NCBI GenBank assembly: GCA_963663965.2
Contig: CAXXFK010000020.1
Span: 224,001 to 288,000 of the forward strand
DNA length: 64,000 nucleotides
Direction: 5' to 3'
From: Sedimentisphaerales bacterium
GTDB taxonomy: Bacteria > Planctomycetota > Phycisphaerae > Sedimentisphaerales > SM23-30
The notes beneath the pieces are model-generated. The model searched no databases and had not been told where the DNA came from. It was given only the letters and a program-made list of their open reading frames with translations. Position 1 is the stretch's first letter; each line of letters begins with the position of its first letter. Both the position numbers and the translations under genes were made by a program. Positions 32,002-45,997 of the stretch are shown in pieces.

Positions 32002-35000
32002 TCATTCGTTCTCACCCAATCTCAGCCACACCGTATCCGAAAATCCCGGTTCAATCTTCGACGTCCGGTTATAGTTGCCCCAGCTCAGGTCATAAGCCCA
32101 CTGCCGATTGATCGCCACCTGAATAGCATCGGTCTGCCGCGCCTCAAACCTCTGGACAAACGCGTCACTCACCACAAAACAATCGCTGGCATCCGCATTT
32201 TTCCGCCCGGTCACCTCAACCCGGATAATATGCTCTCTGTCCGCCAAGATTATCCCGCTCAAAGAGCGGCTGCTGATAGGTCTTCGAGGAAGCATACAGA
32301 TCAACCGTAGCCACCCGCTGCCCATCCAGATAGACATCCGCCAGCCCGCAGTTATGATTCTTCACCGACAGCCAGGTAATATTCCTGCCCATAAACCGAT
32401 AGCTGATCGCCGCACCCGGCTGGTTACTGTATCGTTCACCCCCGCCGCTATCCCGGCCATCTTTCATACTGTGCCATTCGCCTTGATGAACCACCGCCTC
32501 ATGGGTCTCTTCCACCGTGCGCCGCTGATACGGCTCGGCCTTTTCCAATCGCACCGCGTGCGACTGCCCATCCGAAACCACTTCCATAGCCGCCCCGGTC
32601 TTCGCGATCCCCACCTCGGCCCGATAGATATATTCCTTGGCCGAACGAAAATCCTGTGTCATCCCATATCCCGCATGGTCCTTGCCCCCACAGCAGGGTA
32701 ATCCTCCATATCCAGGCTCCAGGACCAGGTCGGCTCCTGTCGATACACCGCCGCCGGTCCCGCCCGGAACCGCGCCGCCTCACCCACTGGCCGCCCGATA
32801 TGATCCTCCGGATACACTGACCACAAGGCCCGCCGGTCCCAACGCAACCGATCCGTTTCACCCGGCATCAGAAAGGATACCCCCACTTCGCTGTAAGACC
32901 CCGCGTCCGCCGGCGGCTCCGGCAGCGTATAAGTGGTCTCCATCCGCCCGGCGCCATCCACCCGTATGGTAAAACGCACCGGCATCTCGCCATAAGCGCC
33001 GTCAATAGCAATCTCCACATAATCCGCATTCTGAATCGCGCGCACCTCTTCCGCCTGCAACGGCGGTAAATCATACGGACACAAATTCAACTGCGGCCCA
33101 CCCGTCAGAACCACACGCCCTCGATAGCTCGCCTCGACAATCTGACCCGCCGCCTTGTCCACGACCAACCGCACATTCTCGTTTTCCACAGTAACCATCT
33201 CGGCGCTTTCTACCAATTGCAACTTCGGCCCGGCCAAAATTGGTAACGCCACCTCACGACCCTTTAACGGCAGTTTGAATTCATCGATCAAGATCGGTTC
33301 AGATGGCGGCTGACTATAAAACTGTAAATGCATCACATCATCCGCCCGCCAGTTACGTCCCGGTATCACCAGCTGCCCTTCCGCACCCGGCGCCAGCTCC
33401 AGCGCCAACCGCCCCTGATCCATCCCCACACTCCAGACCATTGTCAACTCATTGAAATTAGTATGGTCGAACCAGTTTTTTACCGGAATCATCAGCGGCT
33501 GACCCCCCATCCGGCACACCCAGCGGTTTGTTTTCGATACGGATCGGCGAATACGCCTTCTTGGTCAGCCAGAACTCCGGCTTGCGCCGCCGCCAGCCAT
33601 CAAAGATCCCCCAATAGCCATACCCGTTTGATCGTTGCGGCGCGAAAAAGATATCATCCACCGTACCCCAGATGGCAATACCTGCCGATCCACTCGAAGG
33701 ATAAATTTTCTCCCAGAACAGCTTGATACTCTCACCCCAGAAATTACGGATACCCGGATCACGATCGGCAATGGAATTGCGATCGTAATAACACATCACA
33801 TGGATCCCCTCATCGAACAGCCAGGGCTTGCCTTCCTTATCAAATTCCCACGACCAGCCCGGATAATGAAAACTGTCCAGATCGGTATAATCATCCGTAT
33901 CCCAGTTGCCGCGATAGGCGTTGTGCCCGGTCTTCAGGGGCCGGGTCGGGTCCGCCTGCCGGGCATAATCACGTTCTGCCTCAAAGTTACTGCCCCACTT
34001 GACATTTTCGTTGCCCAGCGACCAGATGATAATGGATGGATGGCTCCGGTCCCGCTCGATCATTTCACTGATCGAACTCATGAACCGCTCTCGCACATCC
34101 GGATCGTCATGCAGCCCATCCAGCTTACCCCGTGCGGCATGATGATTCGTCCAGCAGATCGCCGCTTCCTCTTCCACATACAAGCCATATCGATCCGCCA
34201 TCTCCAGGAACCGTTCCGAAGTTGGATAGTGCGAGGTCCGGATGTAATTCAGATTGGCCTCCTTATACAGCCGCACATCCTTCTCCGCCAGTTCCCGCCA
34301 CATAAGCCCGCCCGGCCAGCGGAATGAACGCTGTGACGATTCCCACCCCGCAGCTTCGCCTCCGCGCCATTCACCAGCAGACGATTCCCCCCGCACCTCC
34401 ACCTCCCGGAACCCCACCTGCTTCGTGACGGTTTCCACAACCTGCCCCTCCTCCCTCAAACTCGCCCGCAACCGGTACAGCCATGGATGCTCCGCGTCCC
34501 ACAACCTGGGCCGGCGCCACTGGAATCAACACCTCAGCCTCTGGCTGCCCGGCCGATAGCGCCACAGATCCCGGCTCCAGCGCCAACCCATGCCCCTCTG
34601 GATCGGTTAATTCAAATTCCACCCGGCCCGACACTCCCTCTCCAGCAAGCCGCAACAGCAACCTTCAGTATCGCGTCCTGATAATTCCCATCCAGATCCG
34701 TCTCCACCTGCACACGGGTCAGGCAGTTCATCGGCGTTTGCCAGCAACGTCACATCTCGCAGGATCCCGCGATAAAATGATCGAAATCCTCACCCAGCAT
34801 CCGGCTGGCATAGCCGCTCGCGAACGACAGGTCATCCGTCAGATCGGTCACTCCCACCGTAATCGTCGCCGGCTGACCCGGCGTGACCAGTTCGGTAATA
34901 TCCAGATGCCAGCGGGTAAATCCGCCATAATGCTCTCCGGCATAAACACCATTCACCCCACACCCGTCCGATGCTATACACCCCGTCAAACCGCAACCAG

Positions 35001-35324
35001 ATACGCCTGCCGCAAAATCCGCCGGGATCGATATCATTTTTTTATACGGATACTCCACATCCCGCCGAATCTCCAGCCCCTGCATCCATGGCTCACCCGG
35101 CACCGGTACCTCAACCCATTGGCTTGTATCCACAATATCCCGGTAAAACTCCACCGGTGGTTCCAGGGTAAATTTCCACAGTCCATTCAACGACATCACC
35201 GGTTCTTTCACCCCGGCCGTCATCTCCGGCGTCGGTACTAGCACGCCGCGCCCAGTTCTCACCCGCCCACAACCAGGCCGAACTTAACATAACGATTCAG
35301 ACTGCCATAACACAGATTCTTCAT
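32002..35324 (-). pseudogene. GH2 glycoside hydrolase (beta-galactosidase-like), multiple frameshifts
   Basis: SLNGLWKF, WDAEHPWLY, NYIRTSHYP, RDRSHPSIIIWSLGNE and WGIFDGWRRRKPE are spread over collinear ORFs. Confidence 0.8.
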
Positions 35325-35544
35325 AACGTCTTCCTGTAAATACAGACAGCGTAACAATACATTCACAGGTATGGCCCAGACAAACATTAAATGTTCGCCC
35401 ATTATAATCCTCCTATCGTCTCCTGTAAACACTTTTTCCCGCTTTGATTCAAAGCCAATATCAGAGAAATCCTTGCATATCCAATCAATCAAAAGATAAT
35501 AGATCGAAGATGTTATAAATATGTTTTATTCCAATGGAGATGCC

Positions 35545-36341
35545 ATGACTACCTGCCAGAAAATCATCGCCTGCTTTGCCTGTCACTCGCTGCACTTACC
35601 GGCTGCCAGGCCCACCCGTCAGGCCCGGCCGGCTTACTGTCCTGTCCTACAATATCTATCACGGCGAAGATGCCAACGGCCAATCCAACCTGGAGGCCGT
35701 CGCCCGGATTATTAATGACCTGAAACCCGATCTGGTCGCCTTCCAGGAAGTGGACCAGAACACCACCCGCGTCGGAGGCAAAGACCTCATCGCCATCCTC
35801 AGCGACCTGACCGGCATGCGCGGCGTGTTCGGCAAGGCCATGGACTACGCCGGCGGCGGTTACGGCGAAGCGGTGCTCAGCCGTTTCCCGATTCTCCAGT
35901 CCACCACCCATCCCGCTCCCTCATGAATCCGGCTCTGAACCGCGCGCCGCGCTCGAAATCTTGATCGAACTGCCCGGCCAACAGAAAATCCTCTTCGTCG
36001 GCACCCACCTCGACCACCTGCGCCCCGACCAGAACCGCCTCGCCCAGATCCAGGAAATCAACACCCTCTATCAGGATTCCGAGCTGCCGGTTATCCTCGC
36101 CGGTGATTTCAACGCCACTCCGACAGCGAACCCATCGCCATCCTCAAACAATCCTGGTCCGACGCCTCCGCCCAGCAGCCCGATCCTACCTTTCCCGCTA
36201 AAAATCCTGACAAAAAAATTGACTACGTCTTCTATCGCCCGCCCAGCAATGGCGCGTCATCAGCTCTCAGGTTATCGACGAAAAAATCGCCTCTGACCAC
36301 TGCCCGTGCTGGTGGTTCTGGAATTAATCTCCGAGCCGTGA
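35545..36341 (+). pseudogene. Endonuclease/exonuclease/phosphatase (EEP) family protein, frameshifted
   Basis: VLSYNI, PDLVAFQEVD, GTHLDH, ILAGDFN, KIDY, ASDH motifs. Confidence 0.82.
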
Positions 36342-36742
36342 ATCCAAATCAATCGCAGAACGATATTGAACGTACCCGCAATCCAGCCATTCACTGCCAT
36401 CATCGCCAGATCCAATATATTAACCTTGCAGTCATTATTCAGATCGGCAACCGGCCGGTTCACACACGCGGCGCACGACCCGGCGTAAGCGACATTGACC
36501 CCGTTCATCGCCGCCAGACAGGCATTGGCATACGTCATTCCATCACAGCCGCACAACCGGATCATAATATTCCGGACACAACACTGGTTTCAAGACGCAG
36601 ATCCCGATACCGTCGCAATCCCCCACCTCCTTTTGACAAAAATACAATATGCCGCATTCGCCTTCACCCGTTCACGGTGTCTGCCCCCAGACAAATGAAA
36701 CCAGCGCACAAAACCACTATCAGACCTGTCTTATAGCCCCAT
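36324..36742 (-). pseudogene. Small secreted Kazal-type domain protein with dockerin-like tag, frameshifted
   Basis: Signal-like N-terminus, CPEYYDP.CGCDGMTYANAC.A...G......G.C (Kazal), then ADLNNDCKVNILDLAMMA.EWL. Confidence 0.65.
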
Positions 36743-36770
36743 GATATATCCTTCTGATCCGCGTTACTTA

Positions 36771-36973
36771 GAGTTCCTGACAAAATGATTTTTGTGGTGA
36801 GACCGGGCGAAAAAAGTGGCCAGCAAGGTCGAAGTATCCGCCTCAGGCGGGCCGCAGGGATCAAACACCCGCAGGCAACCCTGCTATGGGTTGTCGAGGA
36901 TGTTTGGTCCCGAGAACGCCGCGGACCACTTTTGCAGCCGGTCGGAGTAGAAAACTCATTTTGTTAGGGGCTC
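36771..36973. mobile_element. MITE copy 2 (~200 bp, TTA target duplication)
   Basis: Ends GAGTTCCTGACAAAAT... / ...ATTTTGTTAGGGGCTC, flanked by TTA. Homologous to 18885-19085 and in the same orientation. Confidence 0.8.
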
Positions 36974-37097
36974 TTAAAACTCTATCGATAATTCAAGTAT
37001 ATCATAAGAACCACAAACAACAATTAGTTTTTTATCAACAAACCCGGAGCCACCGCCACAGGCCAATCGCTTTACCGATAACTATAGACATATACTA

Positions 37098-38606
37098 TTG
37101 TTAGCGGTTGAACGGATCGAATATGATGCCTATGGCAATCCGCACTATCGGTTTATGCCGGATTTCGATGATAATGGCGAAGTGGATGCCCGGGATTTCG
37201 ATATCTTTACTGCGGCCTGGGGTTCCTATGACTGGCGTTGCGATCTGAATGGCGACGGGTATATCACGAACCAGGATACGGGCATTCTGATCGATTACTA
37301 TGGCGCGGCGGCCGATCCGGCGCGGGGTTTCAGCGGCAATACCGTCGGCTTTACCAGCCAGCGGATCGACCGGGTCCACCCCGACAGCTTCGGCCGGCCG
37401 CAATTGACCCTGATGCACTATAAGAACCGGGCCTATTGGCCGGAGTTGGGGCGGTTTGGACAACGCGACCCGCTGGGCTATGTCCGATGGCATGAGTTTG
37501 TATGAGTATGTACGAAGCCGGCCGGTGACCGAGTCTGATCCTTTGGGTCTATTCGGCAATGGTTGCGGTGTTTATGTTGGGCCACAAGGTTCATGTTGGA
37601 CATCCGCGCCAACAACCCCGGAAGAGTTCAATCAATTATGCAAAGATAAAGATATTGTCGTTGACTGTGGCAAAAATGCAATATGCGATCAGATTTGACA
37701 ATTTGCAGGCGGATATATCGCATTACTTTGATCCCTGTTTGGGCGCAATAGTGCATGATGCATGCGATCTTCCTGTAAAGGTGGGTTATGCCGCATTAAA
37801 TCCGATGGATTTATCCGGTGCGTGTTATGATAATGCGAAGACGCTGTCAATAAGGTCAAAATGACTATTGCAAACGGCGGAAGCAGGTCAAGTAGCCGAA
37901 ACCTGTAATCAGTTTCTTTATGATCATTCTGCAGGATATTTGCTAGAATTATTTAGACGAATGATGAGTGACGATCCAGAGGAAAGCGGACACGCCATCT
38001 TTGAATTCGCTCAGTTGGTTGCGGCTTGCAATGGTGTGGGAAAAGCGATATCGACAGCGGATGATTTTGCCCTTAATTTGCATTGATGATTGTGTAAAAC
38101 CGGCAGTAAGTGTTTGTGATGATTTAGCTGTTATACGATATGGCGATGACTACGCAGTTATTGAAAATTCACGAAGGTTAGGTCTTAGCAGAGGCGAACA
38201 AGTTATTTGCTTGGGTGATGACATGAGCCATATTCTACGGGACGATATTGTTTATCTTGTAGCTCATGGTAAGGAATTAATGAAAATTTCTCCCGAAGAA
38301 TTAGCTAACATATTACGGCAAAGTGGTTATAATAATCAGAAAATTGCGCTTGTGGCTTGTAATGCAGGCAAACATACTGCTCCTGGATTAGCAAACGAAT
38401 TAGGTGTTATCGTTAGTGGACCAACTAGAAAAATTCAGGTAAATGAATGTGGTGAGTTTATGTATAGGCCTATCAAACTCCCTTTATTACCTAAACCCAA
38501 ACTTAAGCCCTGCGGGCCAGAAAACTTGAAATGGAATGCCTGTGTCCCCCAAAAAAAAATGAAACAAAGCTACAAGAAGTTGGATTTTTGGTATTCAGCA
38601 GATTGA
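37098..38606 (+). pseudogene. Orphan Rhs core-tip fragment with dockerin-like insert and C-terminal toxin domain; several frameshifts
   Basis: EYDAYG...GFTSQR.D...HYKNRAY.PELGRF.QRDPLG..DGMSLYEYV.S.P....DPLG Rhs core signature. The AT-richer tail contains LVAHG...IALVAC. Confidence 0.75.
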
Positions 38607-39097
38607 AGAGCCTTGGTATCCTCATCCAAGTATTTGATTGATTCCAACTGGAGGCAGAAAGATAAACGACAGATTATTGAATATTTGAAAAAAGGCAAAA
38701 TAATATGTGCTTGGCTTGATTATGCCGAATGCCGATTTGATGGGGGTGCCATACAATGAAATGGGAGCTTGCGATTTAACCGATGCGTCTGGATTTGGCC
38801 AGAAGGATTATCCGTATATGTTGAAAAGTTCAATGTTATACTGCCCGAGAAATTTGTTGAGCATATGATTAAGAATCATTTTGAAATCCCAGAAATTCCA
38901 GATTTTAAATCTGATCAATATAGGGAATATTCCGGTTTTGGATAAGATGGGGAGCTTTTAATTGTAAAGGCGATAATCTTTTACGCAGGCTCGTATTATT
39001 ACTGTCACCATCAGCATACATGATATATTACTATTGCAAGGTGGGCGTTCTATGGTTATGCTCAAAATTATTTGGCAGGAAAGATGAGAATAACTAG
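38559..39097 (+). pseudogene. Putative cognate immunity protein, frameshifted
   Basis: Pieced across frames: ...YPHPS.LID..W...IIEYLKKG....CRF...MG..DLTD..WIWPEGL..YVEK.NV.LP..FVEHM. Directly follows or overlaps the Rhs tip. Confidence 0.5.
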
Positions 39098-39199
39098 AGA
39101 ATAACTAGAATAACTAGGGACAGTCACCAATTAAATTGGAATGAGCCATAGTGAATAAGCTATAAAACGGTGACTGTCCATAGTATTTCCTAGTATTCC
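39086..39199. repeat. REP-like inverted pair GGACAGTCACC...GGTGACTGTCC flanked by short tandem repeats
   Basis: (G)AATAACTAG x3, then GGACAGTCACC (39118-39128), a 40-bp spacer, GGTGACTGTCC (39169-39179), then TAGTATT x2. Confidence 0.6.
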
Positions 39200-39232
39200 C
39201 CTGATAACCATGGTCAGTCACGGCAAAAAATA

Positions 39233-42053
39233 TCAATGGTTATGGTTGGCTGTAAACTCCCACTGGCCGGGTTCGGTTTTCATAAACAGATAGTGTCCCG
39301 TGCGTTCAATAAAACGTACCCCGGTGATATCATCCACAAGCCGGCCATTAATACGTACCTCTGGCAATGTTCCGCCGGCGCCAAAGGGATCCCAACCCGT
39401 GCCACAGTTGCCGCCGGCGAAGTCAGGCAGAGGGTAAATTGCCCCGGATTACGGTGCATCTCCACGTGAACCGTCCCCTTCACGGAAGGACGGTGACCGC
39501 CAGACTGTTCAGGGGGCCCATTTGCGGCATAACCTGATACCTCTCAAATCCTGGCCGGATTGGGGGCCACACCCGCGATATACTGCATCATCAGCGTCAG
39601 AGGACCGCCGGACCAGCCGTGGTTGTAGCTGCCGCCGCCATATCCCTCAGGGCCAATGCCCCAGCCTTCCCAAAGTGTGCTCAATTCGCTCTCCACCATT
39701 TTACTGTAACGCAACTTCATACGATCAACGCGGCTTCCGTATCCCCCATTTGAAACAGGGGACTCAAGGATAGCTTTTTCCATATAGGGACTGGCCTGGA
39801 AGCAACGGGTAAAAACCGTTGTGATTGCCGGCCACTGTTCCGGCCGCGCCAATCCCGCCAGCACCGCCAGACCGTGCCCGCGGTCATCCGTCTCACCGTT
39901 ATAATTGGGTGAACGGTATTCGCTGCCGGTCCACAGGATCCGGTTAAAATTGGCCGCGATACTCGCCCTCATTTTCTGATAGCCCGCCACATCGGGCCTC
40001 GTTGCCTGTTAACCGCGCCATATTAATGGCCGCTTCCAGCGCCTGATAAAACAGGGCATTGTCCAGTACCGGCCGGTCGATGTTGTTGCCCCAGTCACCC
40101 CAATCCCAACCGCCCGGACGGTGTACCACCAGACCGTCCGAACCCAGTTCCCAGAGCGCCAGATAGCGCTTCACCGCCGGATAGGCATGGGCCATTGTCG
40201 CCCGATCACCCGAATAGCGGTAATAATACCAGAATCCATGCATACCGATACTTGCCAGCATCTGGCCGGGCAATTCCCGGTCCCAGCTTCCGGCCGGTAC
40301 CGGTGAACTAGAGCACGCCGTCCGGCTTCTGCCAGTCCACCAGATTGAGTATGGCCTTGCGGATCAGGGCCTGACCGCGCGTATCGCAGGCATAGACGAT
40401 CTCTCCCATGACAATCGTGGCATCGCCCCACCACTGGGCGCGTTCACGATCAGGATCCTGATGGCATCGCGCATATTGACATTCATGGTATTGCGGCACT
40501 TCAGCCAGAGTTGATTCAGGAATGGATCGTCACATTCAAAGCGGCCGACAAAATCGGTATCGTAACGGGTCTCGCGATAACGCAGGGCGAGAATCTCCAC
40601 GCCCGCCGGAATCGAATAGATCATCCAATGACCATTCAGGTAGGCCAGGCTCTCGAACTCCTGAACCCCCTCACGCGTGACATACTCAGAACGGTAGTTG
40701 TATTCGCTGCCGCCTTTGCTAGTTGTCGGTGCGCAGATCGATAGTCAGCCCGGCCCGGCGCCTTGATCCTGAGATAGGGCGAGATGGTCAGGTTGCGCGG
40801 CAACCGGGCAATAATTGGTTTGCCGTCGCTAACCCGGGGCAGTTCAGGATCATTTTCATAACGACTCAATTCCCCGATCCGCCACAGCGGTGTGGGACGC
40901 TCGACCAGATGGTTCCACGGCGCACAGGGCGGCGTACCCAGAACAACCGCTGGCGGCCATGCAGCATCGTCAAAAGTCGGGGCGTCCAATCGCCCAGATC
41001 GGCGCGCCCGTCGAAATGGATGTTGTCATCCGGCATGCGATAATTCGGGTGCGGATCGCCTGTCGTACCGTATGCCGGGTGGCGCAGCACCTTCCAGTCT
41101 TCACCCGTGCCGATCCGCCGTCCGTCCAGATTCAACTCCGCTACCAGACCCGCCTTGCCGCTGCTTTTGTGAGAGTAACCATCCTTGCCCCAATACCAGG
41201 CTAAAATGGCCAGGGTATTGCTGCCTTTTCGCAGATGCGGTGTCAGGTCCACCACATCGTAATAGGTGTCCGTTGGATTGGGGCCGCGTTTGAGTTCGCC
41301 CTTCATACACAACCAGTTGCCCGTAACCCAGAGCCAGTACTTGGAATCTACCGCGATCCGCGCCACCGCCGACAGGGGTGTTTTATCCAAAGCAAACTGT
41401 TTCCGGTAACACGTCCATTGATTCGGCGGGGCAGTGGTTACCGCCGCCGGAATCCGCCATGGCGCGAACGAAGCGGGTCCAGCACGTGTGCCGCCGGCCA
41501 GTTGTTGTCGGCATAATCCGGCGAAGTCCACCCCTCTGGAGTACTGGCCACGGAAGACCAGGATCCATCGGTTACACAGACCAGCGGGGATTGTCCGGTC
41601 CGCAGGATGGTCACTTTACCCAACCAGTCCGGCGGCGTTGATACTGCGGCGGCCGGATCGTTTTCGCGCATACCGTAATGACATTGCGGCCGGAACCAGC
41701 TGGCGGGTAATATTGATTGCCTGAGGCCGCTCCCAACTGTCGCCCCGGCCCGCCTCATTCCCGTTGACGAATAATACAAACCGATTATCAGCCGTCATAT
41801 ATACTGTGGCATTCGCCACGGGTGCATTACCCGGCAATTCGATCGACCGCCGAAAGAAACGCACGCACGCCGGGGCGTCCTGGAGCGGATTCACGTTGGC
41901 TTCCTGTGTCCAGATCCATGACGCTCCGACCAGGTCCCGGCCCGGTTCCGGCGTCGCACTGATCCAATGCGCCGACCAGTCTGACCCAGGGGCAGCCTGA
42001 CCCATGGTTACTATCGCTGCCATCAGCAGCCATATGATGATTAATTTATTCAT
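39233..42053 (-). pseudogene. Alpha-L-rhamnosidase-like GH78 protein, multiple frameshifts
   Basis: Signal peptide, TADN.F.LFVNG and AVDSKYWLWV domains, G.FEC.D..LN..W, DPDRERAQWWGD, TLWEGW, SYNHGWSGGP. Confidence 0.8.
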
Positions 42054-42195
42054 AACACATCTTTCTGTCAAATTGAGGCATAGCTATGGAATGTACGCCA
42101 TTTAAAAAAGAATCAAGGTTTTTCAACACTCCCACAGTCCACCATTAAAATTAATAACATCTCCACTATCATAGCTATCTATCCCCGCTTTCTTC

Positions 42196-45357
<3,162 letters not shown>

Positions 45358-45871
45358 TTATCTCCATAACAAAGCACCCGGATATAGATGACATAATATC
45401 CAGGCACAGATTAAATATGACATTATCATTGATTTAAGATTGTGCTTGCCATTTTAAACTTCACGTTACCCATCAAGCAAGTATAAAGTAATCGCTTAAG
45501 CTACATAGACTGCGCACGGATACCGATTTATCGCAAAGTACTTTTACCAGCGGTCGCAGTAGAATGCTTTTGATGTCGGGTACTCCAGATGTCAGGGCCA
45601 AATTTTAACAACAAATTTAAAACTGGATCTTATGATGAAAAGGGAAGAAAACGCATCCCATTACCTCAGGCAGGCACCATACTTGATGAATCAAATTGTC
45701 GATTATCGCCATGCTTATCAATATTCGAATAGAAAAATAGCCCAACTTAACGGACTTGAAAAACTTTTGTTTATAGTAACAAAATTGTGACGTTTTGTCT
45801 AAAATTCAAATAGAAAAATGTTGTATGCGGAACGATTATCCGAATAAAGTCATATTTTCAAAGAACAATAT

Positions 45872-45899
45872 TTGACTATTGGGTGAGCTGATTTATAAT
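45872..45899 (+). promoter_or_regulatory. Sigma70-type promoter candidate for the ATP-grasp operon
   Basis: TTGACT-16 bp-TATAAT, about 100 bp upstream of ATG 45998. Confidence 0.45.
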
Positions 45900-45997
45900 A
45901 TTGATGTAAGCGCTCATTGAAGCAATTTTATCGAAGGAGTTCTGTTGCGATCGAGCGCGTAAATATTACATCTGACAATTATCATCAAGAGGTATCG

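Noticed and set aside
39086..39116. AATAACTAG tandem repeats as a CRISPR array
   Set aside because: Units are 9-11 bp with no spacers, and there are no cas genes.
16909..42053. Frameshifts as programmed recoding or phase variation
   Set aside because: Too many, in unrelated genes, and without long simple-sequence tracts or a shared slippery motif. Only the IS630 A7 site, outside this block, fits programmed frameshifting.
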